Shown here one piece after another: positions 26,120-39,015 of a stretch of DNA of 64,000 bases (within the stretch, counting starts at the first letter, position 1; each line of letters starts with the position of its first letter). Made by a program: the position numbers and the translations under genes. The DNA comes from the human T2T-CHM13v2.0 reference genome, Homo sapiens: NCBI RefSeq assembly GCF_009914755.1, contig NC_060933.1. One strand, written 5' to 3'. The notes under the pieces were generated by a model that worked only from the letters and a program-made list of their open reading frames with translations, did no database searches and had not been told where the DNA came from.

Positions 26120-29100
26120 TTCATTCCTCTTTACTGATTTTACTATTTGTTTCTCTTGTCTGATTGCTCTGGCTAGGACTTCTAGTACTATGTTGAATAG
26201 AAGTGATGAAAGTGGGCATCCTTGTTTTGTTCCAGTTCTCAGGGGGAATGCTTTCAACTTTTCCCCCTTCAGTATAATGTTGGCTGTGGGCTTGTTGTAG
26301 ATGGCTTTTATTACCTTAAAGTATGTCCCTTATACACCAATTTTGCTGAAGGTTTTAATCGTAAAAGGATGCTGGATTTTGTCAAATGCTTTTCCTGTGT
26401 CTATTGAGATCATCATGTGAGTTTTGTTTTAAATTCTAAGTGGTGTATTACATTTATTGACTTACGTATGTTAAATCATCCCTGCATCCTGGTATGAAAC
26501 CCACTTGATCATGGTGGATTATCCTTTTGTTATGCTCTTGGTTTTGGTTCACTAGTATTTTGTTGAGGATTTTTGCATCTATGTTCATCAGGGATATTGG
26601 CCTATAGTTTTCTTTTTTTGTTATCTTTCCCTGGTTTTGGTATTAGGGTGATACTGGCTTCACAGAATGTGTTAGGAAGGATTCCCCCTTTCTCTATTTT
26701 TTGGAATAATGTCAGTAGGATTGGCACCAATTCTTCTTTGAATGTCTGATAGAGTTGAGCTGTGAATCCATTTGGTTTTGGACTTTTCTTCGTTGGCATT
26801 TTTAAAAATTACCATTTCAAGCTTGCTACTTGTTATTGGTCTATTCAGAGACTCTATATCTTCCTGGTTTAACCTAGGAGGGTTGTATATTTCCAGGAAT
26901 TTGTTCATCTCCTAGGTTTTCTAGTAAATGAGCATAATGGTGTTCATAGTATCCTTGAATGATCTTTTGTATTGCTGTGGTATCAGTGGTAATAGCTCCC
27001 ATTTCATTTCTAATTGAGCTTATTTGGATCTTCTCTCTTCTTTTCTTGGTTAATCTCACTAATGGTCTATTAATTTTATTTATCTTTTCAAATAACCAGC
27101 ATTTTGTTTTATCTTTTGTATTGTTTTTTGTTTGTTTCATTTAGTTCTGCTTTGGTCTTCGTTATTTCTTTTCTTCTGCTGGTTGTGGGTTTGGATTGTT
27201 CTTGTTTCTCCAGTTCCATGAGGTGTGATCTTAGATTGTCTATTTGTGCTCTTTCAGAGTTCTTGATGTAGGCATTTAATGCTATGAACTCTCCTCTTAG
27301 CACTGCTTTTGCTGTATCCCAGAGGTTTTGATAGATCACGTCACTATTACTCAGTTCAAAGAATTTTTAAAATTTCATTGTTGACACAACAATCATTCAG
27401 GAACAGGTTATTTAATTTCCATATATTTGCATGATTTTAAGGTTTCCTTTTGGAGTTGATTTCCAATTTTATTCCACTGTGGTCTGAGAGAGTACTTGCT
27501 ATAATTTCGATTTTCTTAAATTTACTGAGACTTGTTTTGTGGCCTATTGTATGGTCTATTGGGAGAATGCTCCATGTGCTGATGAATAGAGTGTATATCC
27601 TGAAGTTGTTGGGTAGAATGTTCTATAAATATCTGTTAAGTCCATTTGTTTTGCGGTATAGTTTAAGTCTATTGTTTCTTTGTTGACTTTCTGTCTTGAT
27701 AACCTGTCTAGTGCTGTCAGTGGAGTGTTAAAGTGCCCCACTATTGTTGTGTTGCCATCTATGTCATTCCTTAAGTATAGTAGTAATTGTTTTATAAACT
27801 TGGGAGCTCCAGCGTTAGGTACATATACATTTAAAATTGTGATATTTTCTTGTTGGACTAGTCCCTTTATCATTATATAATGTCCCTCTTTGTCTTTTTT
27901 AACTGCTGTTTCTTTAAAGTTTGTTTTTTCTGATATAAGAAAAGCTATTCTTGCTTGTTTTTGGTGTCCATTTGCATGGAATATCTTTTCTACCCCTTTA
28001 CCTTAAGTGTATGTGAGTCCTTATGTGCAAGGCGAGTCTCCTGAAGAGAGCAGAAACTTGGTTGGTGAGTTCTTATCCACTCTGCCGTTCTCTATCTTTT
28101 AAGTAGAGCATTTAGGCCATTTACATTCAATGTTAATATTGAGATATGAGGCAGTATTCTGTTCATCATGCTATTTGTTGCTGAATACTTGGTTTTATTT
28201 TCATGGTGTTATTGTTACGTAGGTCCTGTGAGATTTATCCTTTAAGGAGATTCTATTTTGGTGTATTTTAAGGATTTGTTCCAAGATTTAGAGCTCCCTT
28301 TAACAGATCTTGTAGTACTGACTTGATAGTGGTGAATTTGCTCAGCATTTGTTTGCCTGGAAAAGATTGTATCTTTCTTTCATTTATGAAGCCTAGTTTT
28401 GCTGGATACAAAATTCTTGGCTGATAATTGTTTTGTTTAAGGAGGCTAAAAATAGGACCCTAATCCCTTCTAGTTTGTAGGGTTTCTGTTGAGAAATCTG
28501 CTGTTAATCTGATAGGTTTTCATTTATAGGTTACCTGATGCTGTTGCCTCACAGCTCTTAAGATTTTTTTCTTCATGTTGGCTTTATATAACCTGAAGAC
28601 TATGTGCCTAGGTGATGATCTTTTTACAATCAGTTTCCCAGGTATTCTTTGAACTTCTTATATTTGGATGTCTAGATCTCTACCAAGGCTGGGGAAGTTT
28701 TCCTTGATTATTCCTTCAAATATGTTTCCCAAAATTTTAGATTTCTCTTCTTCCTTGGGAACACCAATTATTCTTAGGTTTGGACATTTAACATAGTCCC
28801 AGACTTCTTAGAGGCTTTGTTCATTTTTTAAAAATTATTTTTTCCTTGTCTTAGACAGATTGAGTTAATTCAAAAGCCTTGTCTTTGAGCCCTGAAGTTC
28901 TTTCTTCTGCTTGTTTGATTCTATTGTTGAGACTTTCCAGTGTATTTTGCATTTCTCTATGTGTGTCCTTGATTTCCAGAAGTTTTTTTTTAAAATGTAT
29001 GCCATCTATTTCACTGAAGAATTTTCCTTTCGTATCCTGTATCATGTTTTTGATTTCTTTAAGTTGCACTTCACCTTTCTCTGATGCCTCCTTGATTAGC

Positions 29101-30799
29101 TTAATAATCGAACTCCTGAATTCTTTTTCTGGCAATTCAGAGATTTCATCTTGGTTTGGATCCATTGCTGGTGAGCTGGTATGATCTTTTGGGGGTGTTA
29201 AAGAACCTTGTTTTGTTGTATTACCAGCATTTTTTTCTGGTTCCTTCTTGTTTGGGTAGACTATGTCAGAAGGAAGATCTGGGATTCAAGGGCTGCTGTT
29301 CAGATTCCTTTGTCCTACCGGGTGCTCCCTTGATGTGGTGCTCTCCCCCTTCCCCTAGGAATGGGGCTTCCTGAAGCCAAACTGTAGTGATTGTTTTTCC
29401 TCTTCTAGGTTTAGCCATGCAGTGGAGCTACCAGGCCCTGGGATGGTACTGGGGAGTATCTACAAAGAGTACTGTGATTTGATCTGTCTTCAAGTCTTGC
29501 AACGTGGGTACCAGCACCTGCTCTGGTGGAGGTAGTAGCAGGGAATGAAGTTGACTGTGTGAGGGTCCTTGGTTGTGTTTTTATTTAGTGTGTTGGTTTT
29601 GTGTTGGTTGAACTCCAGCAAGTAGGTGGTGCTTTCAAGAGCACATCAGCTGCAGTCCTATGGGGAGGATGCAAACTTGCCCTAGGGACACCTAGTTAAG
29701 CATTCAGGTTTCTCAGGTGGGCAGGGCCATAGAGCTACCAAGAGATTATGACCTTTGTCTTCAGCTACAGGGTGGGTTGAGAAAGACCACCAGGTGGGGG
29801 CAGGATGGAAGTGTCTGAGCTTAGACTGTCCTTGGGTGAGGCTTGCCGCGGCTTCTGTGGGAGTCGCAGGTGGTTCCTAGGCCAATGGAGTTATATTCCC
29901 AGGGGGATTATGGCTGCTTCTGCTATGTCATACAGGTATGAATCCCAAATATCTGAGACGGTCTCAGTTAATTTAGAACATTTATTTTGCTAAGGTTGAG
30001 GACATGTGCCTGAGACACAGCCTCAGGTAGTTCTGATGACACGTGCCCAAGGTGGTCAGAGCACAGTTTGGTTTTATACATTTTAGGGAGACATGAGACA
30101 TCAAGTAACATATGTAAGATGAACATTGGTTTGGTCTGGAAAGGTGGGACAACTCAAAGCAGGGAGGGGGCTTCCAGGTCATAGTAGATAAGAGACAAAT
30201 GGTTGCATTTTTTGAGTTTCTTATTAGCCTCTCCAAAGGAGGCAATCAGGCATGCATTTATCTCAGTGAGCAGAGGGGTGACTTTGAATAAAATGATAGG
30301 CAGGTTTGCCTTAAGTAGTTTCCAGCTTGACTATTCCCTTTAGCTTAGTGATTTTGGGGCCACAGGATTTATTTTCCTTTCACACAGGTCACCAGAGAAG
30401 TGGGGGAAAGCCGGCAGGTGAGAAAGACTCACCCTGCTCCCACGCAGCATGCATCCTAAAGGCCAGTCTTACTCACACCATGTCTCCTTCCCCCCTGTAC
30501 ATCCCGACAGCACTGAGTCTATTTCCAAGCAGCAGGTGACCAGGGCTAAGAACTTTCCCAGACCACAAGCCTTCCTGTTGAGAAAGCAAGCAGACTCACA
30601 GTTTTTTGGCATCTCAGGGAGCCTGCAGCAGTGATCCAGTTCCTTCAAAGGGTCTGTGGATTCTCTTGACTTTCCTGGTATGTTCTTGTAGATAGTTCTT
30701 GGAACAAAATTTCAGGATGTGAGTCCCCACGTGCTTCTCTGTCCATCAGAGTGGGAGCTGCAAGTTAGTCCTGCCTCCTATCTACCATCTTCCTCCCGA
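26120..30799 (-). mobile_element. Second L1 (L1PB-like) nested in the host L1, lacking its own 3' end
   Basis: 5' start GGAAGATGGTAGATAGGAGGCAGGAC at ~30795; ORF1 remnant 28851-29165; ORF2 EN remnants 27556-27873 and 27109-27339. Confidence 0.8.
29937..30384 (-). mobile_element. Solo LTR, MER4-type (ERV1)
   Basis: Minus strand starts TGTGAAAGGAAAATAAATC; 4-bp TSD CAGG at 29933-29936 and 30385-30388. Confidence 0.9.
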
Positions 30800-32679
30800 T
30801 ATTGGCCTATTCAGTGTTTCAATTTCTTCCTGATTCAATCTTGGGAGATTGCATAGTTTCAGGAATTTATCTATTTCCTCTAGATTTTCTAGTTTGTGTG
30901 TGTAGAGGTATTCGTAATAGTCCCTGAGGATCTTTTGTATTTATGTGGGATTAGTTGTAATGTCACCTTTGTCATTTTTTATTGTGCTTATTTGGATCTT
31001 CTCTTTTTTTTGTTAATCTAGCTAGTGGTCTATTGGTATTTTTTATTCTATCAAAGAACCAACTTTTGGTTTCATTTATTATTTGTATGCATTTTTGGGT
31101 CTCAGTTTCATTCAGTTTTGCTCTGATTTTGCTTATTTGTTTTCTTCTGCCATCTTTAGGGTTAGTTTGTTCTTGTTTTTCTAGTTCCTCTAAGTGTGAT
31201 GTTAGGTCATTAATTTGAGGTCTTTCTAACTTTTTGAGGTAGGCATTTAGCGCTATAAACTTTCCTGTTAATACTGCTTTTGCTGCAGTGTTTGTGGCTT
31301 TCCAGAGATTTTGGTATGTTGTGTCTCTATTTTCATTTATTTCAAAGAATTTTTTTATTTCTGCCTTGACTTCATTGTTTACCAAAAAGTTATTCAGGAG
31401 CAAGTAATTTAACTCTCATGTAATTGTGTGGCTTTGAGAAATCTTCTTGGTATTAATTTCTATTTTTATTCCATGATGGTTTGAGCATATGATTGGCATG
31501 ATTTGGGTTTTTTTTTTTTTATTATTGAGATGTGCTTTACAGCCAAGCGTGTGGTCAATCTTGGAGTAGGTTCTATGTGCAAATGAGAAGAATGTATATT
31601 CTGTGGTTGATGTATACCTCTCTAGCAATATTAGAAAAGTTTTCTTGAATTATTCCCTCAAATATATTTTCCAGGTTGTTTGTTTGTTTTTTTCCTTCTT
31701 CCTCAAGGATGCCAATAATCCATAGGTTTGGTCACTTTATGTAATCCCAAGGACTTTGCTCATTAAAACAAATTTTTAAAAATTATTTTTTCTTCATTTT
31801 TATTAGACTAGGTTGATTCAAAAACCTGATCTTCAAGCTCTAAAATCTTTATTCTGCTTGGTCCAGTCTATTGATGAAGCTTTCACTTATGTTTTGAAAT
31901 TCTTTAAGTGAGTTTTTCAACTCCAGAAACTCCGACTGATTTCTTTCTAAGGGGTTTATCTCTTCTTTCATTTCCTGGATAGCTTTAGAAGATTTTTTGT
32001 GTTGATTTTCAACCTTGCCTTGAATCTCATTAAACTTTTTTGAAATCCATCTTTGAATATTTTATCTGTCATTTCTGAGATTCCATTTTGGCTAGGGACC
32101 TCTGCTGGAGATCTAGTGCAATCCTTTGGTGGTGTCACTACATTCAGATTTTTCATGGTGCCAGAATTCTTGCACTGGTTCCTTTTCATCTGGAGATGCT
32201 GGCACTTCTAATTTTTGTGATTATTTTTGTGCAGATAGGATTTTTTCCTTTTCTTTCTTTCCCGTTAATGTTATTATTTATTATTTCCCTTTTCTCCTCT
32301 CCCCATGAGGTGTAACTGTAGAGAATACTGGGGGGTAGGGTATTTTGGCATTGCTTCTGTAGCTCCATGTGCTTCTTTTGGCAGATTTTATATTGGGCTG
32401 TGCAGTTCATCCCACAAGCCTATAGATGGCACTATAGGTAACAGCTGGCTGCAGCCAACAAGGTTGGGTCTGTACTTAATCCTTGTTTACTGGCAGAAGC
32501 TCCCTCTTGCCTCAGGCAATGATCTGATTTGAGGAATGCACAGTAGTCTGAGCTCCCTGCCCAGGCCTGTGGGTTGAGCCATGAAGGACAGGGCTGGACT
32601 GGGCAGGTTTACCTGCGGGTCCCTTGATGGCAGGCGTAAGAACCAATGCCAATGGAGAATCCAGTGGGTGGCCACCAGG

Positions 32680-33310
32680 ATCCCAGAGGTGTGTCTAGGT
32701 GTGGAGCAGGGAAACCTCCTTAGTTCCAGGTTCTCTGCATGGGGACAGGGGGCTGCCTAAGCTTTTAATCCAGGAGAGTAAGGGCTCAGATCCCTGGAGA
32801 TTTGCCTGGCATGAAGCAGAGGGGAACCCCCTAAACCAATATCTCTGCACAGGAGGGATGTGGCATCTCAGGCCGCTGAACCAGGCAAACAGGTGCTTTG
32901 AATGCCTGGAGATCTGCCTGGGCATGGATCAGAGAGAGCCCCTGTGCACCAAGATCTCTGCACAGGAGGGGTGGAGGCAACTCAGGTTGCTGGATGAAGC
33001 AAGAAGGTGTTCTGACTGCCTGGAGATCTGCCTGGGCATGTAGCAGTGGGGTCTCCCTGCACCAGGATCTCTGCACAGGAAGAATAGGGTGGGTCAGGCT
33101 GCTGATCCAGGTGAACAGGTGCTCTGAATGCCTGAAGATCTGCCTGGCTGTGGAGAAGGGAAGAGCCTCGCTGCACCAAGATCTATGTCCAGGAAGGGTT
33201 GGGCAGCTCATGCTGCTAGTCTGGACAAACAGGGACCCCAAATGCTTTGTTTTCTGCCTGGAAGTGGAGCAGAGAGGGCCCTGCTGCACCACGATCTCAG
33301 GGGAGCAGGG
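32680..33310. repeat. Diverged ~110-120 bp tandem monomers in the L1 5' UTR
   Basis: GCCTGGAGATCTGCCTGG-like core recurs at ~32793, 32903, 33017, 33129, 33250. Confidence 0.8.
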
Positions 33311-35194
33311 TGGGGCACCCATCAATGGCACACATAGATCAGTTTCAGGGCACCAAGCTGGCCTTGGCTGCAAGTGTTGCTGCCCAGGAGAAGCCACAGC
33401 TGTAGCAGCTCTCCTCCCACTGCAGGCTTGCAACAGGAGCACAATTATAGCACCTACTGCTGAAACACTTTCCATAGTTCTGGCTGTAGAGGTCGTTACT
33501 GTGTTCTAGAGCAGGTGCTCCAATTTCTGGCCTTAGACTAAAATGCTTGCACAGCCACACTGTCAAAGAATAGCTGACTTTGTATGCACTTGGATTAAAA
33601 ATGGCATCCTGCTGTCAGTCCTGGGTCTGGGAAAATGTCTGCAGTTTTTTTGGTGTGTTTTCCTCACAGTGTCTCCAAGCTTCTCCCCAAGTTAACTCCA
33701 GGGCTTGAGAGAAGCAAAATTGTCTCTCTCAGCCTGGGTTGCTCAGATCTCCAGTGGATAGGGGAGTCACAGAGGGAGGCTCTCTGCCTCTCTCACGTAC
33801 TGGAGCTTTACTCACTTTTAGCAGCTGGATGCAGTCACAGGGTCCATTTGCCAGCATTCCCCTCTCTGGGATCTGGGGTGTGCTTCATGATTCTGGTGGA
33901 TTCTCATTTTCCTTCTTGAATTAAAGTGCACAGAGTTGATCTCTATGTACTATCTTGCTATTTCCAAGTGGCTATGGCACTAGATTTAACATTTTTTAGG
34001 TAAAGGAATTTCCGATTTCATGATATGGCCATGAGAAAAGATGACTAAACTGCAAGGGAGGTCAAGGTCATTGAAGATGAGGTCAAAGACTAAAGCTGTT
34101 ATGACGGTGAATGGTTCACTTAAGCAAATGTTGAAGGCACTCAAGTTGATAGCTAATTTGTAGGGGAGAAGTCAACTGTGATCTAGGTGCCACCATCTGT
34201 AACAAAATAGGAGTCACTGAAGTTTGATCGTTGATGGTATAGGCTTTGACTTTTGAAAGTTTCTACAGTTTTGCTCAATACTGAAAAAAACTTTATGCAG
34301 AAAGATGTCTAATTACAGCATAATTTTAAGAGATAAGAATTAGTTACAAACTAGTTTCCGTGAATAAGGGAAAGGTTAAGGGAACTATTATACATATTCA
34401 TTGGAAGTAATATTACATAGTCATTAAAATGAGGTTTATGAAAAACATAATTTTTGAAAGAACACAATAAAAATGATATATAGGCAGGTTTACAGTTATT
34501 TGCGAAAGGCAGATTATTATTTTTTAAAAACCTGCACATGCTCCAAAATGTTAATAAAAGCTATATTTTGCTGTTGGGATTAGAGGCATTTGTGTATTTT
34601 AAAAATATTTGTCTGCCATCACATTTATATAATCATGTTTTTCTTTTATAAGTAATAAAGACATTGGACAGTTTTGTGAACCGTTGTTGAATTTCATAGG
34701 AAAGACTATGGTCCAGGAAGAAAGTTTGTCCAAGGGTTGACAAAATTCAAGAAGAAGAAGGCAGCTGCCCCTGTAGACACTACTGCTGTGTCTTCTTGGT
34801 CTTTGTGCTGATTGCTCTTCTCCCAATCACCACCCACCACAGGCATTAAGCATCCTCACATAGGACCCTGAGAATCAAGGCACAAAACCTTCAATGGACA
34901 AGTTTCCGAAGCCTCAGGGAACAGTTCCTCTCCTCAAAATAACCTTCAGCCAACAAGCACATGCTTATTCCTACTATAAAACAGTTTATATCTTACTGCT
35001 ATATGAGGCCTTAGCCCTTCTTAATACGTGCCGAGAGAAAAGAAAGTAAGATTTTTTTTTTCATTCACTCCTGAATTTTTAGACTTTAGTGTTGGGCACA
35101 TAGAGATCCACTTAAAAATGTTTACTGAGTTACAGAGAATGAAAGAACATTGTTTCCTGACAAATAGCCAATAATAAAAAATTATTATTAAGTT

Positions 35195-35672
35195 ACAGAA
35201 GTTTAGTTTGTATTGCTCCAGAAGTCAACTCTAAACCAAGAATTAAGGGCAAGTCGTTTATTTGAGAATCAAAGGAAACAGCAATAGGAGAGTGGGAAAA
35301 TAAGACAGGGAAAAGTGAGGAGTAAAGGAGGTCAACAAAATTATCACCTGGTAACTGAAGCTGATCCCACTGAGAAAACACTAGACTCCAACACACCTCA
35401 GATTTTTCCACCCTGCAGGTGAGTGAGCTGGGGGATTCATGTATGAACTCCTGTCTGTTTGTAACCGAGGACTGATGGATATGGTAGTGGTGGATAGACA
35501 GAACAAATTCTCCAGCACTTCTAGCTTGCTATCTGTGTAAACAAACTGGGCTCCAGTGGCCAGAGAAAACCCTTAAGAAAGGAAATAAAAATTCTGATAG
35601 TTGAAGCTCTGGACAGAATGCACTGAAGCAGTAAGGTAAATAGTTATGAGTGGGGAGTTCTCAGAGTCTGTG
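35195..35672 (-). mobile_element. Old ERVL-class LTR (LTR16/LTR33-like)
   Basis: Resembles recalled consensus (CAAGAATTAAGGGCAAGTCGTTTATTTG); adjoins the ERVL pol remnant. Confidence 0.5.
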
Positions 35673-35779
35673 ACATTCACGTCCTTCATTGTTCAGATCC
35701 ATTCATGTCTTATTACAGATTCTTGCAGATGGTGGCCAACCTAATTTTCTTTAAAAAAAAATCACCAGAGAATTAGATG

Positions 35780-38570
35780 GGTGTAATGCAATTTATACTG
35801 CTTCAGTTGGTCTCAAGGCTGCAACTTAAATTCACCATCTCACTTCTCCACCATCCATCCTTGATTCCCCTTACTTTGTTCATTAGAACACGTACCTTGT
35901 TCCAGGATGCTTGTCTGGAGGAATCACGCAGACCTTCATCTCTGAGGATGCTGAGGCCTTGGAAGATCATGGTTGCTGCAAGAGCAGCCAATGGGCATGA
36001 AAACACCAAAAAGTGTTCCAGTGAATCCCTAGAATTCCAGACGTTTCTCTGCCTTCATTATGTAGCAGAACCTTCTCATGATAAGTTGTTAAGTAGGGTC
36101 AAGTAACCTGCCAACATAGTACTTTTTTTTTTTTTCTGCAGGTCTACTAACAGAAGGAATTCAAATGATTAAGGAGTAACCATATCTTTAGGCTTAGTGG
36201 AATCTTTACTGTGTTTCCTGGTAGGAGTATCCAGGATCTGGAATTCCAGTTCAGCAGAGCAAAAAGTTCAAGATACCAGAAACATAAATGCCTCCAAGAC
36301 AGTGATCAGGAAGTATGGTAAGAGGGGCCACTCCTTCCACTTTTCAGTTCCTAGTCTAAATGCATTCTTCTTATGGAGGACCTAATACCTTATAATGGTC
36401 ATTGGTTCAAAGAACATATTGCATCTTGAAGAATAGTATTCCAACCCTCCAGGAGATCATCTACAGGTGGTTGCCTTAGTTGATGTTTTAAGAGGACATT
36501 CCAATATTCTGTCAAACCAATTTAAGTGATGTGGTATATGATAGGAGCAAAGAGCTTTATAGCTGTATATGCATTGTACCACCTCCTTCACAATGTGAGA
36601 TGATGTCATGTGGGATATGATGATAAATGAGATCTTGAATAGTGGTAGTGGCTAAGGCATGGCGGAGGGAAAGGAAAATCCAAAACAAGAGTATCTGAAA
36701 ATCCCAGTGAACATGAATCATTGCACTCAGGTCTGAAAGGTGTTGAATGTAATTAACTTGTCCCAGTAACCATTTGGTCCCCCAGAAGAATAACAACATA
36801 TTGAGGGCTCAGCATTTGTCTGAGCTGCTATTAGGTTAAACATTCAGCAGTGGCAGCAGCTAGTTCATCCATGGTGAGAGGAAGTCCATGCTGTTGGACT
36901 CATGCATAGCCTCTACCTCCACGGCCACAGGAACTTTACTGATGGATCCATTGTACACCACATTGGTGAAGGACAGAATGTGGTTAACCACCACTGGATA
37001 AATAATATTATTAATCTTTTTGTTCAGTGTCTTCTCTGAAGTGGATGCTCTCTGGTAGGCATTGACATAAGATATAAAAACCCATGTACTTTGTGTCCAG
37101 TCTCATAGGTTCATCCACTTTATTTTTCAAAAATACTCTATCTCTGAACTTCCACTCTTACTCCCTCCAGGCCCCTGACAAACAACTAAGTCATTCACCA
37201 ACACCAAAGAATCCATGCATATCTTTACCGCAGGCCATTTACACAAGATATGACCAGGTATACTGCACAATAACTTTTTGAGCAGGGAGTATTTCCCTTG
37301 ATCACAGTTGTTTAGAGCCACCCTGATCAGGTCTGAACTGGAACAGAAGTCAATTTTTAGCTCCCACAAACATATATGGCCAATCCGTCTATGAACCAAG
37401 CCCAGGACTTTTTGTCTCTTTTTCAATTAGTTGTATGGAAATCCTCATGAGGCCATAGGTAAGGGCTGAGGGACAGACTTCAATACAACGTAGTTAGATG
37501 ATCTGGGGGCCCAGGCTACCTGTTTCTGAAGTTTACTGTTGCTGTCCAGACCTACTAAGGCCCCATGCCAAATTTGCTGCTGTGTCTATCTGACCTTACA
37601 ACTTTTTGTGCCTGACAATTCTCAGGTTCTGTCACTGGATGTCGCATGGTTAGGCACTCTGCTCTGCTAAAGCCCAGTAGCTCCGTAGCAGTTCCTGGCT
37701 CCAGAAACACTGCTTTGCAACTCTTCTATTGGAGTTTACCAGAGGCTCCATATAATGCCACTATCTACCATGGATACCTCTACCACCATGAGTTCTGCCC
37801 ATTCAGATGATCCAATTAGCATGGTCCCTTGTACCACTGTCTGAACCAGCTGCAGAATCTTATCTTGTTCTAGAGCTTACTTAAAGCTGGAAGTTTATCT
37901 AGTCATTTGATAAATTGGTCAGAGGAGTATTATAAATGTGATGTGTGCTGTCTTCAAAATATGAATAGGCCTACCAAATGCTGTGCTTTTTTCTCAGTGG
38001 TAAGAGGTGTGAGATATAATAACTTGTCCTTTGCTTTCCAGTGAGAATCATGTTTTTCACCAGTCCTACTTTAAGTCCCCTTGTGACCACATACATGTCA
38101 TTTCTCTGTCTGTAATGCGTCAGACTTTAGTCCAAGGTGTCTCCATCTGATCTATTGTATTTCAATCTGTCCAAACCCACCACAGGTACCTTTGTCTTTG
38201 CTTTACAGTCTACCCTGTCTATACTGCTTGCTTTCATAGCTTCCTGTATCTGGCATCTGAGCTCCCTGCATCCTGTATCTGACTGTGTCTATTCAATCTG
38301 CCCACTTGCCATACAATGGAGTTGTCCTTCCCAGTGCACCAAGTGTCTGGCGTGTCCTTCCCAGAGCATCCAGTTCCTATAGCTAAACTATCTTACAGCC
38401 TACTTTGAGTTTGCTAAGCTGCTACTGGCCAATATTCTTTTAACCGTCTTCCCTGGGTTTTGCCTAGAATGCTGTTGGACTTCAATGATACTGAGTTGAC
38501 AGAGTCTCCAAGTCCTTCTGCTCCAAGTTATATAAAGTTGTGGTAGTAAATACAGGGTCATCACACCTAG
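35780..38570 (-). mobile_element. Decayed ERVL-class pol remnant (RNase H, integrase)
   Basis: Minus strand AWFIDG (~37383-37402) and GYA*VQQHGLPLTMDELAAATAEC (~36840-36912), matching the ERV-L integrase zinc-finger region. Confidence 0.75.
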
Positions 38571-38594
38571 AAAGAAGCTGCCCGCATATAAGCT

Positions 38595-39015
38595 CTCTCA
38601 GTCTGTTATCTGTTGTTATAACTGAATACCTGAGACTAAGTAATTTATAAAGAAAAAGAATTTATTTCTTGCAATTCTGGAGACTAAGTCTAAGGTCAAG
38701 AGGCTGCATCTTGTGAGGACCTTCTTGCTGGTGAGGACTCTGCAGAGTCTTGAGGCAGTTCAGGGCATCACATAATAAGGGGACTGAGTATGTTAGCTCA
38801 GGTTTCTCTTTCTCTTCTTACAAAGCTACCAGTCTCGCTGTCATGATAACCTATTAATCAATTAACCCATTAATCTATGAATGGATAAATCCATTCATAA
38901 GGGCAGAGCCCTCAAGACCCAATCACCTCTTAAAGGGCCCACCTCTCAACACTGACACATTGGGGATTAAGTTTTAACATGAGTTTTGAAGGGGACAGAC
39001 ATTCAAACCATAGCA
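38595..39015 (-). mobile_element. MaLR solo LTR (MST/MLT1A-like)
   Basis: TAATTTATAAAGAAAAAGAATTTATTT...ACATTCAAACCATAGCA terminus. Confidence 0.8.

Larger units (their letters stand above)
25450..33980 (-). mobile_element. Host L1 (L1PA15/16-like), originally full length: 3' end 25450-~26120; ORF2/ORF1/5' UTR ~30800-33980
   Basis: Perfect 17-bp TSD TAGATTTAACATTTTTT at 25433-25449 and 33981-33997; ORF2 remnant 30972-31403; ORF1 remnant 31968-32189; internal deletion near 31612. Confidence 0.85.

Noticed and set aside
32831-33509. Two >200-aa overlapping ORFs
   Set aside because: They lie in the GC-rich L1 5' UTR tandem array and show no recognisable protein features.
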